From Felis catus (Eukaryota), in NCBI RefSeq assembly GCF_018350175.1, contig NC_058368.1:189846001-189910000 (forward strand): DNA of 64,000 bases, in the 5' to 3' direction. Positions 12,437-26,287 of the stretch are shown piece by piece. How positions within the stretch are numbered: position 1 is the first letter of the stretch; every line of letters begins with the position of its first letter. The notes below the pieces were generated by a model. That model had not been told where the DNA came from and did no database searches. It was given only the letters and a program-made list of their open reading frames with translations. A program made the translations under genes and the position numbers.

Positions 12437-15400
12437 AAATTACAGTGTTTTTTTTAAATCCCATAGCATCAAAAACATATGTAAAACCCTATTATCTCCC
12501 AGTTGTGGGAGTGACTCCTTTATTAAATAAAATGTCACCCTGAATTCCTACACAGAGACTATCACCTTATTCATGGGAATGTAAGATCCAGTTCCCCCTA
12601 AATCTATATAAAAATTACCACCACAACTACCAACCCATCTAATATGTTCATATAACAAGTGGAAAGCCAAGTAAACACCATAAGCTTCAAACAATGGGTT
12701 TGGTCAGTGACAGAGGAAAGTGGTTTGGTAGAGAAGGACAGGTTGTATTGGTCATGTAAATATGACAATATCCTATACCACAGTATATCTAGTAGGAAGT
12801 CATATTTGGATATGCAGTAATTATTCTCTAACTCTGAGCAGGCGGGGAGATATTTGAAAGAATTCCAGTGCCATACTCAGGCAGATACTATCAGGCAGAT
12901 ACAATACTGTAACATTTTCAGTCCAAGTACAATAACAAAACAAACTTTTCTTAAGAAAAAAATTCCTTTAAAAACTCATGATGCATCCTGTATATACATA
13001 GATATACATATCTTAGTTACCAGCCAATAAATGGCTTAAACTCAAGTGATGTAAATAGTAGTATTTATTCATCTCTCATAACGTATTTGTAAGACAGTCT
13101 CCTTTTATTATTCAATTCTTCTTTTTTTCCTTCACCTCACCACAGTTCAAAGCTATTTGGGGCAGATGATAGTTTCAGTTCATTTCATTCGGGAGTGCAG
13201 TCTTAGGTGATGGTGTTTTTCTCTGTCAAGGGTGTAGATTTTGATTGTTCTAAAACAAGTGTGGGTGGGTCCCAGACCCCACATTGAGGATTTTTCCATG
13301 GGCTTCCCATAACAGTTGCTTTCTTAGGATTCAGCCATCAATGCTGTGGTTCATAAAATCCTTCAGTAATGGTAAGTCATTATTGAAATTCCCATTAATT
13401 ATAGCTTCAGAATTCCATGTTTTATACTTGAAAGGGATTTTTTAAATTTGTTGTTGAATGGTAAAAACTTTCAAAAAGATGGAATAAATAACTGTAGCAA
13501 AAAAGAACAATAAAATATCCGAGATCTGCTCTGAGACCATACAGGATTATCATTGCTCTAAATCAGCTAGTGTCTTTTCCATTCCTTGGCCACCACTTTT
13601 GTTTTAGCTCAGAACGACTTCTCACAAATGTCTTGTAACAGCCTCCTAATTGGTTTCCATGTTCCTTGCCTCTTCTTCACTTCAAATGTCTTGTTCATCT
13701 CTCCTTGGTTCATATACCACCGATGGCTCCCCATTCCTGGTTGAATCAAGTCCAGGTATTCAGGGCCATCTAACCACGGGCTACCCTTTCAGACTTTTAT
13801 GCTTGGTCCTCTCTCATGTGGCGACAAAAGGAAACCACTTCCCAGTGCTGGCATACTCGGCTCCTGTTTCTTTCCCCCTAACACTGTGCCAGGCCAGTCC
13901 TGGCACCAGGACCCTGGAGGCCTTCACCTGGACCCAGGGCTGTTATCTGAAATGCCCATTCTTCTCTGTGAAGAGTGAGTAACCCCAGGAGAAGTGATCT
14001 CTCTCTGTCTCTCTTTCCTAGGATAATTATATTCATAATAACCATAGAGTAGGCTCTTACAGCTGATAGTTGCCACCCTAGATGGAAAACAATAATAGTA
14101 CCCTAATTATCATGGTTATATTAACTTTCATTATCAGCACTGTGCCAGGCACTATGCTAAAGAAGTTTATGTACATTCTCCCATCGAAGTCTCATGATGA
14201 TCTGTGAGCTGGTATTCCAGTGAAGTTACAGCTTCCCTTGAGGTTTGATTGTAGAAGCAGGAATACAGCAGATATGGGGTAAGGTCAGAATTGCTCTTGA
14301 AAATCTTTTAAATTGCATATGGTGTTATGTACAGAATCATACACAACATAGATGTATACATACAGAGTTGTGTACAACATAAAATATACCTAATTGGAGT
14401 ATAATTGCATGGCGCTGGATATGAAAACACCAGGATGCACTTGAAGTCCACATTTTGAGAGGCAGGTGGAAACTGAACCCACTCAAGGAAACCGCAGACT
14501 CAGGTCCCCCAGCATCACCTCTGGGACAAATGAAAACGAACAAGAGGCCACAGAGGAGCCTACATTATTTCGACTGTTACTGAAATGGCATAATAAGCCA
14601 CAGTGTAGGCCCCATTTTACAGATTAGGAGCAAACTGGGACTCTGCAGGGTGGAAGGAACAGGCATCCAGTCCCTCTAACTCCATGCTGTTAACCAACCT
14701 GCTGAAGGCGTGGAGTGTGGTCCCTTCCATCTGCGCTCCAAGGGCGCGCTTACCACACACTGCCTTGAATTGTGCTCGAATCTTGACAGAAAGCTTGTGG
14801 AGCTACACGCCCTGCTGACATGACCCATCACAGTGCATGGGACACACCTGGTGAACTAGGACTGGCTGTCAGAAGTCATGCCTGTCTGGGTGTTACACAG
14901 ATTGGTTAGTCTTTCATCATGCAGCACACTTTTTCCAAGGAAGGAAGGAAGGAAGAGAAAAGTACAGGACTCAGGACTTTTTCTGTCCACCATGCTTCAG
15001 TTACACTAGGCCAGTGTGTTAGCTTCCTTTTCCAGAACGAGAAATGGCAGTCCTATAACTTTGTTGAGAGAATCAGGAGAAAATCTGAAACTAAATATTT
15101 CCAGAAAATATAAAAGTAATTTCTCAAATATTTACTGCCACCAACACCAAATTAGGTCATTTTTCTTAACACAAAACAAATCTGTGACATGGGAAAAGAA
15201 CCATGGGTATTTGACAAAACTAAGAATAATATTGACTTCTCAGTGATTCTGATCCATGGATGGGGGGTGGGGTGGGGAAACAGAGGCCCTGCTTCACTCA
15301 TCAGGTCCATCAATGGGAGAGCTAGACTCCAAGCCCAGGAGCCCTGGCAGAGAGGGCTGCACTTCGTAAATTTTATGGCCTCTCAATGGAAAAGGAAAGT

Positions 15401-15619
15401 ATGTGATGGAGCTGATGATATAATCTGTTGCTTGATTACAGGTGTCAAGACAGCCAGAGAAAACCATGAAAGGAAGATCCAGCAAGTATTGTATTAATTT
15501 TTAAATAACTTAAGGCAATAGTTCCCAATGTGTGGTGCTTTGGGTTTTTTGCTTGTTTGGGTTGATTTGGTGATTTTGGGGAGCATATGGAAGAATTTGG
15601 GGGGGGCATTTTTAAAGGC

Positions 15620-16825
15620 TATTTTTCAGTTTTATTGAAGTATATTTGACAAATAAAATTGTAAGATATTTAAAGTGTACATTGTGGTCATTTGATATAT
15701 TCATATATATTGTGAAAGATTCCCCCCCCCCACCATCTAGCTCATTAACACATCCATCCCCACACATACTTATCTTCTCTTTCTTTTCTTTTTTTCTTTT
15801 TCTTCTTTTCTCTTTCTTTTTTTTTTTTTTGTGTGAGACCATTTATGTTCTCTCTTAGCAACTTTCAATTATACAAGTGTTATCCATCAACTACAGTCAC
15901 CATGTTTTACATGAGATCCTCAGACCTTATTCATCTTATAACTGAAAGTTTGTATTCTTTTACCAATCTCTCCCTATTTCCCTCACCCCAACCTCCTGAC
16001 AACTACTTTTCTCCTCGTTGTTTCTCAGTTTAACTTTTTAAAAAATTCCACATATAGGTGATAACATGCTGCATTTGTCTTCCACTGTCTAGCTTAGTTC
16101 ACTTAGTTCTCAAGCTACATCTATGTTGTCACAAGTAGAAATATTTCCTTCACTGTCCTTCACTGGTTGAATAATATTCCATAGGATATACATACACCCC
16201 ATATTCTTTATCCATTCATCCATTGACAGACACATAAGTTGTTTCCCAATCTTGGCTATTGTGAAGAATGGTGCAATGAACCTGGGAGTGAAGATATCTT
16301 TTCAATATCTTGTCTTCATTTCTTATGGATGCATACCCAGAAAGTGGAATTGCTGGATCATATGATAATTCTATTTTTAATTTGTTGAGGGATCACCATA
16401 CTGTTTTCCATAGTGACCGTACCAATTTATATTCCCACCAACATTTACCTCTTGTCTTTTTTGTTTTTGTTTTTGTTTTTAATTAAAATAAATTAGTTTT
16501 TATTTTCCCCTTGCAAAGGGAAGTCCCTTCTGAGTTTGGACAGTGGTGACTGAACATGATCAACCTCTGGTTTTCCATTTAACATCTTGGTTATCTAATG
16601 GAACTCAGAAGATGAAGGCTTTTTCCTTTTCCCTTCTGCGACAATTTCAGAGGAAAATCGACGTCACTTGGACTTCCCCTTGCCCATTTCCTCCTCCTGC
16701 TTGGAGTTGCTGGTGCAGTCACTGTCACCTCAAGGTCTTGAGGCTCAGGCTCAGGCTCATCTCTTGTCTGTTTGATGACAGCCATTCTAACAGGTGTGAG
16801 GTGATATGTCATTGTGGTTTTTAAA
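15620..16825 (-). mobile_element. L1 (L1MA-like) 3' fragment, interrupted by the retrocopy
   Basis: TTTATTGAAGTATATTTGAC... 3' end; ORF2 C-terminal remnant (YHLTPVRMAVIK) resumes after 16759. Confidence 0.8.
16457..16758 (-). pseudogene. 5'-truncated processed retrocopy of an unidentified transcript, inserted in an L1
   Basis: TSD A(C/T)CTCTTGTCT(T/G)TTT at 16447 and 16759; A-rich tail 16457-16480; AATAAA at 16504-16499; open frame EPEPEPQDLEVTVTAPATPSRRRKWARGSPSDVDF... Confidence 0.7.
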
Positions 16826-17132
16826 TAATTACACAGATAAATTTTTTATTTTTTTCAATTTATGGCAAGTGAAGTTGACATTCCATTTATGGTAGTGCTA
16901 TAAAGAATCTTTTGAATATAATAATTTAAGTGAAAATGAGAAAATTTAAAGAAAATATTTCTAAAGTAACAATACTACAGTACTATGATGAGGCAAAGAG
17001 TAATATGGGAAGGGCAGAACTTGGGGAAACACTTTTATATGACATGATTGAACCTCTCTTTGAATGCTTTGACCCGTGATCTCCAGAGAAGATCCACAGA
17101 AGGTCAAAGGCCAGAATGTTTTGTTTAATGCA

Positions 17133-17353
17133 CTTTCTTTTTTTTCCTTTTTTTGTTTATTTATTTATTTTGAGAGAGACACATAGAGCATGAACAGGGG
17201 GGTGAGGATGGGGATAGAAAGGGAGAGAGATAATCCCAAGCGGGCTCCTCCCTGTCAGCACAGAGCCCAGTGTGGGGCTTGATCTCACGGACTGCGAGAT
17301 CATGAACTGAGCCAACGTCAGTCACTTAACCAACTGAGCCACTCAGGTGCCCC
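17133..17353 (-). mobile_element. CanSINE
   Basis: TSD TGTTTAATGCA at 17122 and 17354. Confidence 0.88.
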
Positions 17354-20300
17354 TGTTTAATGCATTTTCCATTTATATTCATATGTAAGACTCTAACTCT
17401 TAATATGCTCTTAAGGTGCTCCTAGTAGTAGGTCTGTTCCCCATCAACTGGGACATGTTTCTGCAAGAAACCACGGCTATCTTAAGTTACCTCAATTGCT
17501 CAGTGTGGTGGTCATGAAGAGAAGGTTTACACAGGCCCTGGGAGAACGCCAGAGAATTTGCCACGGCACGACAAGGATAAGATATCTATTTTCTATCTAT
17601 TTGTATTGATTTTATCTAAAATATAGGAAAATAAATTTTACTAATGATCAATGCACACTGACAGAACAGATATCTATTTTATAAGTATATACTTTAAGGG
17701 ATTGGACACTAAACACTGTTTTATAAATTGGATGTTTAGTCAGAAAAATTCGATCACTACCATATATGAGGAGAGAATTGAGAGCCCCAGGCCAGGCACT
17801 ATTAGTTCGGTTGCAGTCTGTTGTGCTAGGCACGTTTGCTCTCTCGTATTCTATCCCTGAGGAAGACAGGAGACTCTGAAGAACCCACTCTGGAGGAAAA
17901 GAAGTGTGTCCAAGAGGTCACCCTCACATGTGAAGGATCATTTTTACAGCCCTTTGGAAATCTCAAAACCCAACCATCTTCTTCCAGTTCAAATTTAAAA
18001 AAAGGAAAGAAGACCCAGGCCACAAATGGACTATGTTCCCAGATTTTCTTACTCTTCATCTATAACTCAGAATTTATTTTTCTGTAAAAACAGTTTACAG
18101 TAATTCATTTTCTTAGCAAAGATTTATTTAATACTCAGTGTGTCAGAAACAGACAGTTGCAAAGACAATGTACAGATTACAATGCTGTTACAATGCTAGT
18201 GAATAAATAGAACAAAATTTGGGTAAGAATAGTTTATGTTGAACTGTTGGGAAAGCCACAAGAGTGAGAAATGGAGACTTTTGTGAACACTTTGAAAAGG
18301 TCCTCTAGTCTAGTCTGCTTCCAGGGCGTGAAAGATGCACAGAACTAGCTTTTTCTTGTCGAGGTTCACTGCGAAGCTCACAGCTCTTCTCCTCTTCAAT
18401 ACTAAAGTATCACTAGCATGCTCTTTTCGCATACACTCAGGAGTGGGGTCTATTTTGGGCCAGTGAAGGGGGGAAGAGCTTCATCCACCAAAGTAGTTAT
18501 TCATTATATAGGGGTCTGCTTATAATTAACCTTTTCTTATCTCATTCTAAAAGGATGTTTTTAACATACCTCTCAGAGATCATTCAGTTAGTGCTGGGAA
18601 TTGGATATACATTGGTCCCCATGGGTGTGATAAAAAGTCCCAAGGGCCCTGGAAGGGAGAGGGGCACACTTTGATGGAATACTAGTTAGTTCACAATTGA
18701 CAGAGATTATGGGGAACTTTTCTGATGTTTTTCCTTAGCGACCCAGGCAGAATGATATTTTTTCTCACAGTTTTGAGCAGTAGTCTACATCAGATTTGTT
18801 GTTTGGGCTAGGTTGCTCTTCCCAAAGAACCTAACATCCCTGGGACATGTGGAAATGTATGAATATTTTAAAGTCCCATCAACACATCATGAAGGTGCTA
18901 AAACAGAGTGGTAGTACATAAACTAGAGCCATAATCACTTGCAGAGCATGACAGTGGCAGGAAGAAGACAGGGACAAGAAACAGCTCTCTCTGCAGTTTT
19001 TCACCACCTACCAGCACACGTAACCAACGGCAGGATCCACACAAGTTCATATTGGAGGCAGACTACAGAAAAGTGCCTGCCCTTGCAAAGAATGATAATG
19101 ATAATGCTGGCAACATAGTAATGCCATCTTGTGTTTTTCTTCCATCTCTCCTACCTGCCACTCTCACCCCTACCCCGCCGCCCCCCTCCCTTATTGCCTT
19201 CCCCACTCACCCCCATTACCTTAGAAAGGACACTAAACAGAAAACAACTGGTGATGCTGGAGGAAGAACAAACTCTTAGGTTGTTCAAGACCCTCCTGTC
19301 CATTGGCAAATGCTGCTTTCCTCTGAAACGCCTTGCTGTCACCCTCCCAGTCTCCCGTTTAAGTTTTCTCATGGCACTCTACGTTGTCTGAAGTTGTTAC
19401 TATTTTGTTTCCTTGGGAATCATGGGTCTTGTCTCGCTTCCCCAGTAGAATGTAAACACCACGAGAGCAGGAAACTTGTCTGTCCTTGTTCGTCCCAGTA
19501 TCTCTGGTGCCTAGAACAGTGCCTCCTTCTAGAAGGTGCTCAGTAAATAAGTATTGATGAAAGAGATACCCTGAGATATCCGGGAGGATGATACAGGCAT
19601 TCAATACATGTCTACTCACTAGATAGTAAGCACTTAGTAAATGGTGGTTATTATGTTTATTATTAAATTGTTGGTTGGTAGCCAAAAAAAAAAAAAAAAA
19701 AATTACCAGGCCTCTAGGATCTGACAGTGTTTTTCCCAGCCCAGCAAAATGATTTGGTTCCTCTTGCTTCACCCTGCTCCCAGAAATAAAATTCTATTCT
19801 GAGCCTGAGAGCTGCACCCCCAGCCACAGTCCCAACATATCTGTGTATTAGCCATGCAGGCTTAGTGCTATGATGCGATCTCCTTTGAGAATATCGGGTG
19901 AAAAATCCCCACAGGTTTGGTCTCAGCTTTCTTTGTTCACATTGTTTGCTTTGAAGACCTTAACACGGTGCTGAGAAATCAATAAGCAGGGATGCTGCCG
20001 ATCCTGTGTCTCCTTCTGATTCTCCTCTGGGAAGCTTGGCTCACACCAATGCACTGATAAGTCATGAAGTGTCCAGCTTCATCTGTGAATTAAGGCCCTT
20101 GTAACTAAATAAGGAACACCAAGTTTAGCATGCTGTGGATTTTCCATCCGGAGTGTCATTAGATGAAATGAAAGTACACATTACAGGTTTGTGTAATGAA
20201 CAAGCCTCAAGTTAGGTTTGCCGTGATAGGGTTATCAGTCATTGTACAAATTAATTATTTAGGAAAGCACTTTTTACAATGGGGTTTCATTTAAGTTTTT

Positions 20301-21537
20301 CCCCTTGATATATGTGTATAAAAATGACTAATCCATCGGACACTGCTATTGTACTTGTGCATCTATCACTATCAGGCCTTTTTTGGTAATTGGTTTATTA
20401 ATTATAGCATCTTAATGATCTGTTTAAAATAAATAAACCATTTGCACCATTTCAAAGGTATTTTGTGAGGCTCAGCTGATATTAAAATAGCACCAGCCTT
20501 ATGTGCTTTTTCAGCAAGTGACCTAATTAGTTAATAAAGTAATTGAATATTAAAAAGGATGTTGCAAGTGATTAAAATTTAAGAGCCTTCAGAATGTTAT
20601 TAAAGCTATAAATCATACATCACTGTTTTAATTTGCATAGCTACAGAATTACTAATGGTCCCACGTGCATACGGGGCTTGGCAATTAGTCCTTTAACAAA
20701 ATGTTGGTGATGTTAAGGTACCAAATTCTTTCAACCTCTTTTGATAGCTACATAGAAACCTGCTTTTGCCAGATTAAATATCTAACTATTGAAATTTCTG
20801 CTTGCTCGCTTTGACAAGTATAGACATTCACTCAACAAATATTTATGAATACCCACTGTGTCCAAGAACTGTGTTAAATATTGAGTATAATGGTGAGCAA
20901 AACAGACATGGTCCTAATGGAATTTAGGGACTAGAGACACTAGTCATGCACTTCCCTAAATTCATATATAATTACAAAAGGTGATAACGGGCTATGAAGG
21001 AAAAGTATGATGCTCCAAGAGGATTTTGCTCATGAAATCTGAACTCCTCTACTAGATTAGGGACCAAGCATTTATTTCCACGTGAAGAGACAGGGACTTC
21101 ACCCAGCAGGCTGAGAACTCTTGTCCAAGCAGGAAATGCCTGATGAATCACCAGTAGTGTGTAGGTAGGACTGACTGACATTGTTGGTTGTTTACCCAAG
21201 AGCCTTTGTTCTTTCCTGGCTATCAGAATCCCAGTTCTCTTTGGCTATAGAACTAGTACTATGCTTAGGGAATGTAGGCCCAGGTCCAGGGATAAGTGAT
21301 GAAAAGTCTAAACCAATTATTGTAATTCCATTGCCCTTTGCCTGTGTATTGGTTTATGGTGGATATGTCCTGAGGAACTCTAAGAGGATTTCTGGAAGAA
21401 TCTTCCTCTCTGATAAAAAGAGACACACAAGAACTCTTTCCTTCCATTCTTTTGTATATCATCATTAGTGAAGGTAATTCTTAGCACTATAGTAGCCATA
21501 TTGAGACCATGAGGGGGAAGGCAAAACCAACAAAACA

Positions 21538-21538
<1 letters not shown>

Positions 21539-21571
<33 letters not shown>
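21539..21571. repeat. (CA)n microsatellite
   Basis: Direct observation. Confidence 0.95.
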
Positions 21572-21573
<2 letters not shown>

Positions 21574-22946
21574 CCTAAACCTGAAAGATCTGATATTGTT
21601 GAGTTTCTGAACCAACTCTGGAAATTTTGGGTGTCTTACTATATGAAAGAATAAGTTTCAGTTGGATATTCTGTTACTTGCCACCTAAAGCATCTTAATC
21701 GAACCAGATAGGTCAAAAATGAAGACACTGGAAATTGAAAGGTAAATTAAAATGCTAGTGTAATTGTCCAGACGAGCAGTGAAAAACACTAAGTTATAAT
21801 GGGATGGAACAGGAGGAATGGAAAGTAAAGAACAGAGCTGAAGCATTGTGGACAAGATTCAGAAGAATGTGTCAACTTATTAGTTATCCAAGTTGCCAGG
21901 TGATAGGAATTGCCATCCATTGAGTATTTCCCATGTTCCGGACATTTCTCTAAGCACTTTGCACGCAGTATCTCATGTAATAATTTCAACAGCTCTGTAA
22001 AATACTACTAATTGTCATCATGGTCGAATTCTTTCAGTTGTGCCTTGACTTCCCAAGTCAAAGCCTGATAGCCTCTGCCACCATTAGTAGGTGAAAACAG
22101 ATGAGTTGCTTCTGACTCCTTGAGAGAGCTGCTGGCTATATTGGTGCTTTCAACATTTTTCCTTTGTAATACACATAGAAAATGATGATATTTTAAGATA
22201 CACACTGGAGTAAACTGGAAGGGACTTGGGGCATCTATATATGGGTCTTGGCAAAAACCTCCATTAGTCTTTCTTTAATATTATATAAGAAAATAAAATT
22301 CAAAATTTAGGAAAGATGTTACATACTGAATTTGTGTAAAATTTCCAAAAAATAATTTCTTTAATTTTTAATGAGAAATTAGCATTTGCTTTTTATAAAT
22401 ATAGCTTTTTAAATATCAGATTTTATGCTTCAAATAGCAACTCCTGATGAAGACTTTTAATACAGTCAAGACTTTTTAATCATGGTCTCTTCAAATTCTT
22501 GATAGTCATCACTAACGATAAACTTTATTCACACAAATTAGTAATACCAAGAAAGTAAAACATTTTTTGAAGCCATTTCAAATTTTATAACATTTGGGCC
22601 TTATTTAACGGATCTAACAGTTCTTTTTTCTTTCATTGACAATTGCACTACTGAAATTCCTTGAGATTGTGTGACTGGATTTCAAGTCTTTGGGAGCTTT
22701 CTCAAACAAAATTATTTCAAAATAATAAAAATGCTTTAATTCATAGGCCACTCATGCATAGTTATAGTAGTTACTAAGCACAGCCAGCTTGGACACCTCT
22801 GAAAGGGCATGTCAGTCAGAGAGGGAAGAATCCAATATCTGTGAAGACAGATTCAGCGCTGTGCCTGCCAAGAACCTCCTTGCCCCTCTCCCCACCCCTG
22901 TTGAACTTGTGACTGGCTCCAGTTTGGCCTGGTGCTGTGCTTCCTG

Positions 22947-23118
22947 CAGGGCTAGCTTCATGGGTGTGCAACCTGTGCTGTCATACAGGACCCCACACTT
23001 AGAAGGAGCCTTTTCTTGGTTTAATGCTCTGTTGTTGGCATCTTGAAATGAGTTTTGAGCAAGTAGCCCTGCATTTTCATTTTGCACTAGGCCCTGCAAA
23101 TTATGTAGCTGGTGTTGG
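22947..23118 (+). mobile_element. MER45A-like hAT-Tip100 element
   Basis: CAGGGCTAGCTTCATGGGTGTGCAACCTGTGC...TTTTCATTTTGCACTAGGCCCTGCAAATTATGTAGC. Confidence 0.65.
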
Positions 23119-23571
23119 CATCTGGAGTACCGGGAACACAAACTCCTCCAACAGTAGCTACCTTGTGGCAATGGCATTTGTCACCACTGGCTTTTGAGTT
23201 ATGAAGCAACTTTTTAGCTTCTGTATTCAGCTTCTTAACACAGAGCATAACAATCTGGATATCATCAGGCTCATGGGGTTCAAAGTTCACGTGACAATGG
23301 GTCATACCTTTATACTTTGTTCCATTCAGCCACCCTCGAGGGTCCCTGATGAAGCTGTTGATGCTTCTGGCTGGAGGCGACTGGCCCAGAGGTTGCAGCT
23401 GCCCCAAGAACTGAGGCATCAGTTATATTACTCAAGATGTCATGGCTTACCATTGGGGCAGTCCTGTGCAGGATGTGTTCCTGGGTACGTTACTTTCTGG
23501 TAAGAAGATCTCTATGACCTAAAATAGATCTACTAGGTCCTTGCCAATACTTTTCAATATGAATGGTTAGG

Positions 23572-23778
23572 ATTTTTAAATTTATTTTTATTTATTTTTG
23601 AGAGAGAGAGAGAGAGAGAACAAGCAGAAGAGGGGCAGAGAGAGAGGGAGACAGAGGACCTGAAGTGGGCTCTGTGCTGACAGCAGAGAGCCCAATGCGG
23701 AGCTCGAACTCACTAACTGTGAGATCATGACCTGAGCTGAAGTCAGACGCTTAACTGACTGAGCCACCCACGTGCCCC
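23572..23778 (-). mobile_element. CanSINE
   Basis: Reverse-complement body with (GA)n. Confidence 0.88.
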
Positions 23779-24048
23779 TGAAGAGTTAGTATTAAATTTT
23801 GAATACCACTCAGTGCAAAAGAACCTAGATTTGGTATGATTGAGGTATGATCACTGAGGGATACATTTGGGAAGGACTGAAGTAGAAGTGAGAGCCGGAA
23901 GGGAACGTGCTGAATCCTTCCAGGCTCTTCCTCTATCATGTGAGGGTTTTAATTAAAGCAGTTTCTCCCAACCATTTTGGAATTGGAATCTAAATTACTT
24001 TTGGTTTGATGTCATAATGTTGGTCTCTCTATTAAAATGACACATATA

Positions 24049-24179
24049 GGGGCACCAGGGTGGCTCAGTCAGTAGACCGTCCGACTTTGGCTCGGGTCAT
24101 GGTCTTGCAGTTCTTGGGTTCAGGCCCCGCGTCATGCTCTGTGCTAACAAACAGCTCAGAGCCTGGGGTCTGCTTCAGA

Positions 24180-24224
<45 letters not shown>

Positions 24225-24305
24225 TCCCTCCCCTGCTCGTGCTCTGCCTCTTTCTGTCTGTCAAGGATAAATAAATGTTAAAAAAAATAAGTAAATAAAT
24301 AAATG
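24049..24305 (+). mobile_element. CanSINE with internal (TG)n expansion
   Basis: TSD AAATGACA(C/T)ATAT; (TG)~20 at about 24183-24223. Confidence 0.88.
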
Positions 24306-25500
24306 AAATGACATATATTTATACATAAGGGTATATAAATGTGTGTGTACAGATATATTTTTAAACAAAGTAAGCAAAAACAATTCCAAGCCAGTGAGGA
24401 CAGATGACTCCCAGCACAGGAGAGGGGAATTTCTGCCAAAACACTTTTCATGGAGCAACAGATGTGCTCAGATGAACTCTGGGGACCGGGGAGAAGGAGG
24501 GGCAAGAGGACTCGCTGAGGAATAATTGGACCTGGCAAGGGCAGGGAGGAGTCTGTACACAGGCCTAAGATTTCTCACACGGAATACCAAATGAACTAAT
24601 TGCTTTCGGGCAAAGATCACAAGTATGCATCAATCTTAGAACAAGGTCATACAAACAGAATTCTAACAGATACTTTTAAGTAAATACTATTTTTGCACTG
24701 TTTTCCATAAATACACACACAACATTCCCCATTACACAGTCTTAACTATTACAGCAAGAATCATGCGATGAGAACTCTGTAAATGCTAACGACATGGAGC
24801 CATTTCCTTGCCCTGTACCGTGTGTGGGTATGTGTACATGTGCATGTGTGTGCAGTCATTAAGTAGTTCTTGCAGTTAAAGTACTCATCTGCTCTATGTG
24901 CAACGGAAGAAAACTATAACTGCATTCCTGCTTCTTAATATTTTGATTTTCTGATTTAAGTAAGTCTTGTGGCACTTATAAGATGGCCTGGCCCTCTTGC
25001 TATCAATCAATGGCTTTCCAAGGATTCTGAGGAAGCTATAAAAGTGTGAAACCCAAGCAGCACCGAATAACAGGAGTGGCTTTAGCAAGAGACCACAGGG
25101 TAAGGGAGACAGGAGCAAAAATATACCCTGAGTGACTTGGTGTTTCCACACCGCTAAAATGTTACACTCTGCCTCATGGTATATTTGAATCCATATCCCT
25201 TTATAAGTCCATTTTTCTGTCAGAGCCCATCTCTGGACATTGGGGGCAGAGAGGGAAGACCTTCTGGACTTCACATTCACAAGACCTCACATACACACTT
25301 GTGGCTCCATTTCCAAATGAGGCTTCACAGCCACTCACAGATATGCAAAGAGGATTGATCAAGTTGTCTATCATTCAACTAGGACTTTAAAAATATATCA
25401 CAAAATTTACAACTTTGCTTTGACATTTCTTCATTTTTTTAAATGTATTGGGAGACTCAAATAATGGAAGTGGCCAGGCCCGCTCTCAAACTTGAAGAGC

Positions 25501-25502
<2 letters not shown>

Positions 25503-25541
<39 letters not shown>
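25503..25541. repeat. (TG)n microsatellite
   Basis: Direct observation. Confidence 0.95.
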
Positions 25542-25543
<2 letters not shown>

Positions 25544-26194
25544 CTTTTTATGTGTATTTGTCCTCCAGTGCACATTTTCATAACTGGATTAGACGTAACA
25601 TGCTCAATTAATTAGGGAATACATTTTTATTACCAACACCACTATTGGTTATAATTTGATCTCTGTAAGGGACTGGCCAACCAGGCAGATTAGTGTGAAC
25701 TGGCTTATGACTGGAGGGGAACAAAGATGTTGTGCAGTCAACACATCTGCTTTGCATGTTTGGGCTTTGTTTATCATAAAACAGGAGATAATGATAAGGA
25801 TGTGTAAGAAGCACCGTGTTAATGATAGTGCCAGTAGAGAGTGCGAACAAAAGCCATGACTTTGAGCAAAAGCTAGATGTAAATTAAACCCTGGATTTGT
25901 TCAGAGTTGAGGTTTTATAGCTATATATTTATGGCATTTAGAAAGACCCTTGGTGTTGAAATTCCTGCAAGAATAATTTCATCACTTCAAGTGTGAAACT
26001 CCCCAGTCACTGATTCCAACTCTTTCCACTGAAGCAATTGCTTTATATAATATTGTTTTTGCTGATGTGACCATTTTATTACAGAACAGTGGGTATATTA
26101 TAAAACACACAAAGCTTATAGAGTGCAACATTTACTAACACACTTGATCACTTGTGGCTCAGGAGGTGTTTGCAGATAGTATGAAGACTAACAT

Positions 26195-26254
26195 TTAAAA
26201 AAAATTTTTTTAATGCTTATTTTTGAGAGAGAGAGTGTGTGAGCAGGGAGGAGC

Positions 26255-26287
<33 letters not shown>

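Noticed and set aside
16591..16812. 73-aa ORF fusing L1 ORF2 residues to the retrocopy frame
   Set aside because: The in-frame junction is most likely chance; no promoter or splice evidence
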